Assembly: GCF_000010065.1 (NCBI RefSeq)
Contig: NC_006576.1
Location: 900,001-932,000, forward strand
Length of the DNA: 32,000 bases
Direction: 5' to 3'
Source of the DNA: Synechococcus elongatus PCC 6301
GTDB lineage: Bacteria; Cyanobacteriota; Cyanobacteriia; Synechococcales; Synechococcaceae
Positions 1 to 7,218 of this stretch are shown piece after piece. Each line of letters starts with the position of its first letter. The first letter of the stretch is position 1. Below the pieces are notes generated by a model that ran no database searches, was not told the DNA's origin, and was given only the letters and a program-made list of their open reading frames with translations. The position numbers and the translations under genes are program-made.

Positions 1-448
1 GGCGCTTCCATTCCCACTTCTCACCGTTCCAGCGACAGGGTCGAATCGACTTTTTCTGTCCGGGCTTGTCCCACCGGATGACGTAGAAATCGTCGCTGTA
101 ACGCCAGAACGCTGAGGCTCCGCGTATCGGTGGGTCAGGGCGATCGCGCTTGATGCCAAGAAACTGCTCGACCTGGCGGGCTGCCTCTGAGAAGTCCCAG
201 CCCTTCAGCCGCATGAGCAAGTCGAAGCCAGTGCCACCACCACCCTTCTGATCGCGGCCGCCGCAGTGTGAGCAGAACCAGGTGCCGTTGCCATCGAGGT
301 CATCGAAGCGGTAGCGAGTCTCACCACCGCAGCAGGGGCAGGGGCTTTCCTTGGTCTTGCTGACCACCAAGAACTCAGGAGCAACACCCCCGAGCTTGTT
401 TAGGATCTCCGGCCAGCGTCCTCGGGCTGCATCAGAAATCCTAGACAT
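1..448 (-). CDS. Primase-like protein, N-terminal zinc-ribbon part (phage-type primase/helicase), truncated by window edge
   Basis: Manual minus-strand translation from ATG at 448: MSRISDAARGRWPEILNKLGGVAPEFLVVSKTKESPCPCCGGETRYRFDDLDGNGTWFCSHCGGRDQKGGGTGFDLL..., open to the left edge. The CPCC...CSHC zinc ribbon is typical of phage/P4-type primases. The start overlaps the upstream ORF end (441) by 8 nt. Confidence 0.7.
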   Translation of the reverse strand, partial: MSRISDAARGRWPEILNKLGGVAPEFLVVSKTKESPCPCCGGETRYRFDDLDGNGTWFCSHCGGRDQKGGGGTGFDLLMRLKGWDFSEAARQVEQFLGIKRDRPDPPIRGASAFWRYSDDFYVIRWDKPGQKKSIRPCRWNGEKWEWKR

Positions 449-803
449 GACCTTCACCTGAAATTATTTTGTTTGCGTCTTGCATCGAGCGCGCCACACC
501 AGCACGGCCACCGGAGCGCTGTACGAAATCGATGAAACTTTGTTGCTCGGGAGTAACCCGCCCAGTTGGCGTCTTGACCTCGATCGCAGTGAAGAGAGCG
601 ATCGTCTGACCGACCATGTCGGGCGTGATGGTGACGCGGGTCAGCCCGATCAGGTCAGAGCTGCCAGGGCAGAGTCCAAAGCGGACGAAACGGCCATCAG
701 CGGCCTTGCAGGTGCCGACGTTGTTGCGCCAAAGCCGGACATCGGGCGACTGGCTCAGCGTCTTCCAGAGGCGTGCCTGCAAACTGGTCTCGCTGTTAGC
801 CAT
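441..803 (-). CDS. VRR-NUC domain nuclease (phage Holliday-junction-resolvase-like family)
   Basis: 120 aa; ...VGTCKAADGRFVRFGLCPGSSDLIG...TAIEVKTPTGRVTPEQQSFIDFVQRSGGRAGVARS matches the VRR-NUC pattern (G..D..G...EVK...G...Q..F). 8-nt overlaps with both neighbours. Confidence 0.8.
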   Translation of the reverse strand: MANSETSLQARLWKTLSQSPDVRLWRNNVGTCKAADGRFVRFGLCPGSSDLIGLTRVTITPDMVGQTIALFTAIEVKTPTGRVTPEQQSFIDFVQRSGGRAGVARSMQDANKIISGEGHV

Positions 804-2205
804 GGGCTTGTCCCCACTGCTGACGCTTACTCTGGCGAGCCTTCCAGTAGCGCTGTGCCCAGCCCGGTTTGTAGCCCCGCTTGCGACCCAGTTCGATCAG
901 TTCTTCAAGGGTCTGAGCCTTGGCCTGCTCTTCCTTCCGCTGCCGAGCGATCGCAGCCTTGTCTAGCTCGATCAGCTCGCCTCTGACCTCTTCAAGACGC
1001 CGCGCTTCGACGACGTAGCGATGGCCGCAGTTCGGGCAAGTCGGCTGAGGCGCGTGAGCACAGAAGCACTTCGGACACTGCCGCACCGTCTCGGGCTTCT
1101 CTTCGCTCTCGCCCTTGCGCGATCGCCGCTTCTCGCCTTCCAGCGTCCACTCGCGATCGGCCTCAGGCAAGCCATGCCTCATGACGTTGCCGACGTGGTC
1201 CAAGATGAGAGCGTGGGACTTCCCAGGGGCTGGTCTGAGAACACGGCCAACCTGCTGAAGGTAGAGCCCGAGCGACTGAGTGGGGCGTAACAAAAGCGCC
1301 GCTGTGACGACTGGGATGTCCGTGCCTTCGGAAACGATTTCGCATGACGTGAGCACTTGAATGCGACCGCTGCCAAGGTCGTCAATCAAGTGCGATCGCG
1401 TCGCCGAATCGAGCGTGCCATCCAAGCTGGCAGCCTTGAAGCCAGCCGAACTGAACTCGACTGCAACCTTCTGGGCGATCTCCACCGAGGCACAGAAACC
1501 GATCGCTGGGACGCCAGGGCAGAGACGCCGGTAGTGGTCGATCGCATCGCCGACAATTACTGGCTTGTCCATCGCCTGAGCCAGCTGATCCTTAGCGTAG
1601 TCGCCCGCCCGCATGCGGACGCCAGTCAGGTCAGCCTGAATTGGCGGAGCGTAAATCTTGGTCGGGCAGAGGAAGCCCCGCTCAGTCAGCTCTGCGATTG
1701 TCGGGCCAATGATGAGGTCGTCGAACACGTCACCCAAGCCACGGCCATCCGTCCGACAGGGTGTTGCAGTCACCCCCAAGACGCGAGACCGAGGATAGGC
1801 ACTCAGCACCTTGCCCCAAGTGTTGTCAGGGACGACGTGGTGAGCCTCATCCACCACAATTAGCTCAGGCTCCCAGTCCAACCGATCTAGTCGTCGAACA
1901 AGCGTCTGCACAGACGCGACCTGTGTCGGGTAGGGCATCCAGCTGAAACCCGAAGCAATCAGTCCATGCCGGACACCCAAGCGATCGAGCGATCGGCTCG
2001 CCTGGAGCAGCAGCTCCTTGCGGTGCACAAGGATCAGCGTTCTCTTTTGCTTAGCTGCAGACTGCAGCGAGATGTAACTAAAAACCGCAGTTTTACCCGC
2101 GCCAGTTGGCATCGCCACTAAAGGCGATCTGTGGCCGGTGGCGTAGGAGTGACGCAGCTCTTCGACGACTTGCTGCTGGTAGTCTCTGAGCTCGAATGGT
2201 GTCAT
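796..2205 (-). CDS. DEAD/DEAH-box superfamily 2 helicase with C-terminal zinc ribbon (phage replication module)
   Basis: 469 aa; Walker A MPTGAGKT, DEAH (IVVDEAHH), TATPCRTDG, QQVGRVLRP motif VI, C-terminal CPKC...CPNC. Confidence 0.9.
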   Translation of the reverse strand: MTPFELRDYQQQVVEELRHSYATGHRSPLVAMPTGAGKTAVFSYISLQSAAKQKRTLILVHRKELLLQASRSLDRLGVRHGLIASGFSWMPYPTQVASVQTLVRRLDRLDWEPELIVVDEAHHVVPDNTWGKVLSAYPRSRVLGVTATPCRTDGRGLGDVFDDLIIGPTIAELTERGFLCPTKIYAPPIQADLTGVRMRAGDYAKDQLAQAMDKPVIVGDAIDHYRRLCPGVPAIGFCASVEIAQKVAVEFSSAGFKAASLDGTLDSATRSHLIDDLGSGRIQVLTSCEIVSEGTDIPVVTAALLLRPTQSLGLYLQQVGRVLRPAPGKSHALILDHVGNVMRHGLPEADREWTLEGEKRRSRKGESEEKPETVRQCPKCFCAHAPQPTCPNCGHRYVVEARRLEEVRGELIELDKAAIARQRKEEQAKAQTLEELIELGRKRGYKPGWAQRYWKARQSKRQQWGQAHG

Positions 2206-2225
2206 AATTTGCCCATTAGTTCGTC

Positions 2226-2269
2226 AGCGAAAGAGCCGGTCTTCTTTGGTAGGGAGCCGGCTTTTCGCT
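2226..2269. promoter_or_regulatory. Strong stem-loop directly upstream of helicase gene
   Basis: AGCGAAAgAGCCGG (2226-2239) pairs with CCGGCTTTTCGCT (2257-2269): 13 bp with a single bulged G and a 17-nt loop, about 20 nt upstream of the minus-strand helicase start. Confidence 0.6.
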
Positions 2270-2311
2270 TGTCCCAAAATTTTAGGGTCTCGGAGCAATT
2301 CAAGAACAGCC

Positions 2312-2342
2312 TTGAAATAAAAGCTGTTTTAGTCTTAATAAT
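2312..2342 (+). promoter_or_regulatory. Sigma70-like promoter candidate (TTGAAA - 17/18 nt - TTAATA/TAATAA)
   Basis: TTGAAA at 2312-2317 and TTAATAAT at 2335-2342, upstream of a non-coding stretch ending in a perfect terminator. Confidence 0.4.
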
Positions 2343-2347
2343 GCAAA

Positions 2348-2453
2348 GACGCCAGAGCATCGTGTAATCGACTGCTTGTCATGGAATCGGCCTAGAGTCC
2401 TCGACCACTCCACATCACACGTCTCATCCCGCCGTCGAAGCGGGATTTTTTTT
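2348..2453 (+). ncRNA. Candidate small RNA, about 105 nt, of the phage-like element
   Basis: Bounded by a promoter-like element (2312-2342) and an intrinsic terminator (2426-2453); no plausible + strand CDS. Confidence 0.35.
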
Positions 2454-2867
2454 GCGGTTCTTAGCTCCTCTGTACGAGGCTTGGCCCACAGCGATCGCCT
2501 CTGGGCCGCGCCCTTCCATGTACCGCTGGACGACGTTGTAAACGCTTTTCTGGCTAAGGGCATGACGCCCAAACTCTTTCTGCAGCCAGCTTGCAACCTT
2601 GTAGCAAGTCAGGCCCGACGCGTACAGCTCAACAATTCTTCGCTGTTGCAGAGTGTAGATTTCCGAACAGAACTGACCTAAGTGATTTTTGACCAGTAAC
2701 ACCTCAGAATCGCCTAGGCCGTAGAGATCTGCGATTCGAACCTCGATTTCTTCGGCCGACAGCCCACACCACCAAAGCCCTTCAGCCGTCAGACAGAGTT
2801 CGGGTTCTAGGATTGCACGGGCATTGGCATCGTTACAATATTGCAAGCGGGAGAGGAATTCAGGCAT
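2424..2867 (-). CDS. Small HTH-type DNA-binding protein (hypothetical)
   Basis: ATG at 2867 (or TTG at 2888 as in the ORF track); C-terminal half QQRRIVELYASGLTCYKVASWLQKEFGRHALSQKSVYNVVQRY looks like an HTH. Confidence 0.6.
   Translation of the reverse strand: MPEFLSRLQYCNDANARAILEPELCLTAEGLWWCGLSAEEIEVRIADLYGLGDSEVLLVKNHLGQFCSEIYTLQQRRIVELYASGLTCYKVASWLQKEFGRHALSQKSVYNVVQRYMEGRGPEAIAVGQASYRGAKNRKKNPASTAG
2426..2453 (+). terminator. Intrinsic terminator
   Basis: ATCCCGC-CGTCGAA-GCGGGAT followed by a run of T residues (7-bp perfect stem). Confidence 0.75.
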
Positions 2868-3549
2868 GGAAATAATCGTCAAGGACAAAGAGAAACGACA
2901 GAGAGGAATGAAGCGGATTGCTCAAATCGTCAACTTATGGACCAGAGGCGGAGCGCTAACCTTCGACAATCTGCACTCTCTTTCTGAGAGCTACTCAGAG
3001 ACTCGCCTCCAGAAGACTGCTCTATCTGCCCTTGCTCGGGCTGAAAAAAGAAACCCAGGGCCAGGAACTTTTCAAGCCTTTGGGGCCATTAATAAAGCAG
3101 CCGCCCAAGAACAAGAGCGAGGGGATCGGCTTTCAGAGCATCCTCTTAGCCGCATCAAGGTAATTAGAGTTAAAGGCAAAGTCGCGACTGCTGGGCACTT
3201 TTTGGAGTTCTTCATTGGCGAGCTAGAGCCTGATAACGTCGATGATCTCGAAGCGTTTTCTTGGACTTCTGACGGCCTCACCGCTGGTCAAGAAAAGCTG
3301 CATCAGTCCTTTGCAAAGCTCTGTGCAGAGCGACGATTGGACACTTTGACCGAGGGACGCCGCTTCACGAACTTGGCGGTGAAGCTAAAGGTTGTTAACG
3401 CAGAAGACGAGGCTGAGTTTCTGTTTTGGCTGCTGCTTCCAGACAAGAAGCGATCGCAGAAGGCAGACCGCTGGCTGGCCTCAATCAGCCCTGTTTGGGA
3501 CTCTTGGGTTGAGACTCTCCCAGCTCCCCAGCTGCTTCCGCAATTCTGA
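2866..3549 (+). CDS. Hypothetical protein of the phage-like element
   Basis: ATG at 2866 with AGAGGA SD 8 nt upstream (MEIIVKDKEKRQRGMKRIAQIVNLW...); sits inside the track ORF 2824-3549. Confidence 0.65.
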   Translation: MEIIVKDKEKRQRGMKRIAQIVNLWTRGGALTFDNLHSLSESYSETRLQKTALSALARAEKRNPGPGTFQAFGAINKAAAQEQERGDRLSEHPLSRIKVIRVKGKVATAGHFLEFFIGELEPDNVDDLEAFSWTSDGLTAGQEKLHQSFAKLCAERRLDTLTEGRRFTNLAVKLKVVNAEDEAEFLFWLLLPDKKRSQKADRWLASISPVWDSWVETLPAPQLLPQF

Positions 3550-3733
3550 ACCAGCTTAAGTATTCGCGCTCAGACTGAATCCAAACCCGTACCGCAGCGA
3601 TCTGCACTCGGAAGGCGATCGCCAGTTCGTAGACCCGACCCCAAGCCGAGGCAGCTTCACTCTGATCCGCGCATTGAATCACGAGAAGACGATCGGCTTG
3701 GGACTGGCCTGCAGCAAAAACGGAAACCTTCAT
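3485..3733 (-). CDS. Small hypothetical protein
   Basis: ATG at 3733 (MKVSVFAAGQSQADRLLVIQC...) preceded by a strong CAGGAG SD; convergent 65-bp overlap with 2866-3549. Confidence 0.5.
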   Translation of the reverse strand: MKVSVFAAGQSQADRLLVIQCADQSEAASAWGRVYELAIAFRVQIAAVRVWIQSEREYLSWFRIAEAAGELGESQPKSPKQG

Positions 3734-3844
3734 TGGGTACTCCTGACGATGTTCAGCTTGGGAAGCTTGAACAATTTTTTGTAATCTCTGGCTTTCAGTA
3801 TTGTAATCGTGCAAAACTAAACTGATTTTAAATGCAAGCAGTTT

Positions 3845-4927
3845 ATGTCTTCTGAATTAGCCCGGACTGAGCAGCCTGCACCATTGGGCGTCTTCAGTGG
3901 GGCCGAGTCTTTCGCATTAGCGCAGCGCATGGCCCAAGCCTTGGCTGCGAGCAGTCTTGTTCCAGAGGCTTATCGAGGCGACGTCAGCAACACCCTGATC
4001 GCACTAGAAGTTAGTCAGCGCATCGGTGCCAGCCCGCTGATGGTGATGCAGAACCTGCACATCATTGAAGGCCGGCCAGCTTGGTCCAGCCAGTTTGTGA
4101 TCGCCGCCCTGAATTCTTGTGGGCGCTTCACGCCGCTGCGGTTCAGGGTCGAGGATCGCGGTGAGCAGACCGTTACCTACGACTACTGGACTGGCAAGAA
4201 AGGCGAGCGGCAAAAGCACACCGCCTCCATGAAAGTGCACGATCGCACCTGCATCGCCAGCGCCACAGACAAGGCCACAGGTGAAGTAATCGAAGGGCCA
4301 GAGGTGTCGATCGCCATGGCCGTCGCTGAGGGCTGGTATACCAAATCGGGCAGCAAGTGGCAGACAATGCCCGAGCTGATGCTCCGGTACCGAGCAGCGA
4401 AGTTCTTTGGCAGCCTTTACGCTCCCGACATGCTGATGGGTCTGCAGACTGCTGACGAAGTCCGAGACATCGAGCGGGTAGAGGTCAAAGACCTTTCTGT
4501 AAGTCGCTCAACAGCGATCGCTTCCAGCCAGTCAGCGATCGCAAAGGACGAGCTTGAAAAGGCTTATGAAGTGGTCGAGGCAGAGCTCGATCGCTTGGCC
4601 GATCAAACTTTCGCCGAGGTTGTGGAACCCGAGGTTGTAGAGCCAGCACCTGTTCCACGTCCCGTGGCAAAGCGACAAACGGTCGGTTCCAGCCCCGAGC
4701 TGCGAGAGAAGTATGAGAAGGCACTGGAGGCAGCGGGCGTCGACGAGGTTGGCCGCCAGACTCTTGAAGCGATCGCCAAGGTCAAGAGCAGCGACGACCT
4801 TTCTGAGAAACAAGTCGCCTCGATCATCGAAAAGCTTGAGCCCGAAAAGATTTCTGCACTCAACAGTGGCGTCAATCCGAAAACCGGAGAGATTCTGGTT
4901 CAGTTGACGCCTGAGGCATCCGCGTAG
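3845..4927 (+). CDS. RecT-like single-strand annealing protein
   Basis: 360 aa; GDVSNTLIALEVSQRIGASPLMVMQNLHIIEGRPAWSSQFVIAALNSCGRF...ATGEVIEGPEVSIAMAVAEGWYTKSGSKWQTMPELMLRYRAAKFFGSLYAPDMLMGL resembles phage RecT-family recombinases. Confidence 0.7.
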   Translation: MSSELARTEQPAPLGVFSGAESFALAQRMAQALAASSLVPEAYRGDVSNTLIALEVSQRIGASPLMVMQNLHIIEGRPAWSSQFVIAALNSCGRFTPLRFRVEDRGEQTVTYDYWTGKKGERQKHTASMKVHDRTCIASATDKATGEVIEGPEVSIAMAVAEGWYTKSGSKWQTMPELMLRYRAAKFFGSLYAPDMLMGLQTADEVRDIERVEVKDLSVSRSTAIASSQSAIAKDELEKAYEVVEAELDRLADQTFAEVVEPEVVEPAPVPRPVAKRQTVGSSPELREKYEKALEAAGVDEVGRQTLEAIAKVKSSDDLSEKQVASIIEKLEPEKISALNSGVNPKTGEILVQLTPEASA

Positions 4928-4987
4928 TCTTGTGCAAGCTTTGTAACAAGACTAGAACTACTCAAAAGTTTGTCTAGAAATAGAACT

Positions 4988-5278
4988 ATGCATACCTTCG
5001 ACATTCACACCGAGCCCGTCGTCGTCGGTCTGCCCCATGGCTGTAGCGCCTGGAGCATCAGCACTGAGTACGCCGGAGTCCGGCTGCTTGGTGGCTGGGA
5101 AATCCGCGATCGCAACGACCAGCGACTCTTCTTCATCGGCCGCGAGGTTCAGCAACTCGAACTGCCAGAGCTGATTAAGCGCTGCCGAGAGCACTACCTC
5201 TACGAGCCGCCAACCGATGACCCAGCCGGCGAGCCAGACCTTGAAGACCTTGCAGATGTCGATGCTCTCCTGTTCTAG
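4988..5278 (+). CDS. Hypothetical protein
   Basis: MHTFDIHTEPVVVGLPHGC... 96 aa, tightly packed in the + strand gene string. Confidence 0.5.
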   Translation: MHTFDIHTEPVVVGLPHGCSAWSISTEYAGVRLLGGWEIRDRNDQRLFFIGREVQQLELPELIKRCREHYLYEPPTDDPAGEPDLEDLADVDALLF

Positions 5279-5280
5279 CC

Positions 5281-5484
5281 ATGAATCACAAGCAAACCCG
5301 TCGCGCTCGCCTTGCCCACCGGCGAGAGTTGCAGCGCCGCCAGCGTGAAGCCTTGCCAACGATCGTCCTGACCGCTTTCGCAGTTGGCTTGTTCGCTGGC
5401 TACGGCTGGGCTGCCCAAGCCTACGGCCAGCACATCACGAGTCCTGCAAGCGATCGCCAAGTCGTAAACAGGGAGCAGCTATGA
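5281..5484 (+). CDS. Small predicted single-pass membrane protein
   Basis: 67 aa; basic N-terminus RRARLAHRRELQRRQR then hydrophobic TIVLTAFAVGLFAGYGWAA; 4-nt overlap with the next ORF. Confidence 0.5.
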   Translation: MNHKQTRRARLAHRRELQRRQREALPTIVLTAFAVGLFAGYGWAAQAYGQHITSPASDRQVVNREQL

Positions 5485-5819
5485 CCAGCAAGCATGAATT
5501 ATGGATTGATTCTGTCAGCAGCCTGCCCTGCCAGATTCGGAGTCTGAATGGCTATCAGTTTGTTGCTTGCTTGGTCGGTGTTCCACTAGGACACCCAGCA
5601 TTCGGGCAAGAACTGTCTGTGTTCGAAGGCCGAGCCATTTTCCCAAAAGATATCGATGCCTTGGGCGTGCGAAGGCAGGGCGATCGCGCTTACTGGTTTT
5701 TCGTTTTTCCTTGTCACAGCCTCGACAAATTGCGTGCAAGAGAACTTTGCGAATCTCTTGCACGCGGCCTTCACGAACTTACCGTTTTCCCTGTCGCTGG
5801 CGAGAGGACAAAGCCATGA
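5481..5819 (+). CDS. Hypothetical protein
   Basis: 112 aa, overlaps neighbours by 4 nt (ATGA-type coupling). Confidence 0.5.
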   Translation: MTSKHELWIDSVSSLPCQIRSLNGYQFVACLVGVPLGHPAFGQELSVFEGRAIFPKDIDALGVRRQGDRAYWFFVFPCHSLDKLRARELCESLARGLHELTVFPVAGERTKP

Positions 5820-6046
5820 AGGAACGACTCGTCAGATTTGGTCATTTAGTCCTGAGTCCAAGCTTCCTGAAGAACTGCGAAAGGCACCAAGAGTACGGCG
5901 CTGCTGATTTTCTGTCTCGCAACCTCAAGCAACTCACGCCAGAGCAGATCAGGCAGGGGCTGAGTCAGCGCGATGGCAGCCTCTTGCTGAAGCAGGCCTG
6001 CGCGATCGCCGAGGTCAACTACGAGGAGATCACCAAAGGTGCCTAA
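5816..6046 (+). CDS. Hypothetical protein
   Basis: ATG at 5816 overlapping the previous stop (ATGA); MKERLVRFGHLVLSPSFLKNCERHQEYGAADFL... Confidence 0.5.
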   Translation: MKERLVRFGHLVLSPSFLKNCERHQEYGAADFLSRNLKQLTPEQIRQGLSQRDGSLLLKQACAIAEVNYEEITKGA

Positions 6047-6542
6047 CCGACTGCACGTCACGATTGATGCAGGCCTCGTCTTGGCGCTTAACTGGGCTAC
6101 TCAAGAGCTACACATCGTCAAGCGCCATCTCATCTGTCGCGCCATCGAAGTCTGGGCCATGAACCCGACACTCAAGCCGTGGCAGCCTTCCGGCAAGGGT
6201 GTCCACGCTCATGTCTCAGTTGGGATGAGCGACGAAGACGTCACCTGGATTAAAACTTGGTGCATCGAGTTTGATGCTAGGCCGTCCCAGATTGTTGAGT
6301 CTGCTCTGTCTCGCTGGTTTGAAGAATACGGTTTTCTAGCCCGTGTTCAGTCTGGAGAGATCAGCCAAGCCGAGCGCCAACAAATTGCGCGATCGGCTTA
6401 CGGCAGAGTTGAACGGTTCGAACGCGATGATTCACCAGAGGAAATTCTACGCAAGCAGCTTGAATTTTACACTCGCACCGGCAACGCTCTGCGGATCACG
6501 AGGATCCGTCGTGAACTACTGGCGATGGGGGTGGCTGCATGA
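6039..6542 (+). CDS. Hypothetical protein
   Basis: GTG start overlapping the preceding gene; 167 aa. Confidence 0.55.
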   Translation: MPNRLHVTIDAGLVLALNWATQELHIVKRHLICRAIEVWAMNPTLKPWQPSGKGVHAHVSVGMSDEDVTWIKTWCIEFDARPSQIVESALSRWFEEYGFLARVQSGEISQAERQQIARSAYGRVERFERDDSPEEILRKQLEFYTRTGNALRITRIRRELLAMGVAA

Positions 6543-7192
6543 GCGCCGGGCCCCGTTGGGCTGCAGAGGAAGAATGGCTGCTGGAGGACTTAGTGGGGAC
6601 CGATGTTTTTGCGGTTGTCTATCAGCGCTATCGAGCGATCGCCAAGCAGAATGGCTGGCCAGAACGGAGCAAAGCTGCACTTTACTATCGATCGAGACTA
6701 CTTGGCCTGCGTGCTGTCGCCACAGACGACAACCTCAACAGATACGAAGTTGCCCGCCAGCTGGGCATCCAACCTCACCGCGTGCGCACTTGGGTAGACC
6801 GCTACCCATGCCTTAAAAGCCGCAAGGTCGGTCGCTGTTATCGCCTTTCCTTAGCGGACCTGCGCAACTTCGCTCTAAAGCGGCCGTATCTGTTTTGGGG
6901 CGTCGATGAAATCGGGCTAGCCAATCTGATTGGCGAGACCTACGCCCCGCATGTCCTGCGGAAGAACCACCGCAAAGACACTCGGCGAGCGGTGATTTGC
7001 GTCGAAACCGGAGCAGTCTACCCGTCGCTGCATCAAGCCGCTCGGGCCTTCATGCGCAGCGACTACGAGCGAAGCCGCAAGGGTAGATCCCACGTCCTCG
7101 CGGCGAACATTCGCTCTGCTGCTCTTAACCCCAGCCTCACTGCCTACGGATGCCACTGGCGCTTTGTTGAAGAACTTCGAGCCAGCGCTTGA
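6539..7192 (+). CDS. Predicted DNA-binding protein (HTH/Myb-like N-terminus, NUMOD1-like C-terminus)
   Basis: RYEVARQLGIQPHRVRTWV HTH-like; C-terminal VICVETGAVYPSLHQAARAF...ANIRSAALNPSLTAYGCHWRF resembles the NUMOD modular DNA-binding pattern. Confidence 0.55.
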   Translation: MSAGPRWAAEEEWLLEDLVGTDVFAVVYQRYRAIAKQNGWPERSKAALYYRSRLLGLRAVATDDNLNRYEVARQLGIQPHRVRTWVDRYPCLKSRKVGRCYRLSLADLRNFALKRPYLFWGVDEIGLANLIGETYAPHVLRKNHRKDTRRAVICVETGAVYPSLHQAARAFMRSDYERSRKGRSHVLAANIRSAALNPSLTAYGCHWRFVEELRASA

Positions 7193-7218
7193 AAACACCT
7201 CAAACCTAGGTAAAACCT

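Noticed and set aside
480-2100. Many + strand ORFs (e.g. 480-986, 1357-1863) opposite the replication operon
   Set aside because: Low-complexity antisense shadows of well-supported minus-strand helicase/nuclease genes in high-GC DNA.
2350-2420. Possible degenerate tRNA in ...GGCCTAGAGTCCTCGACCACTCCA...
   Set aside because: Could not form consistent acceptor, anticodon and T arms by hand.
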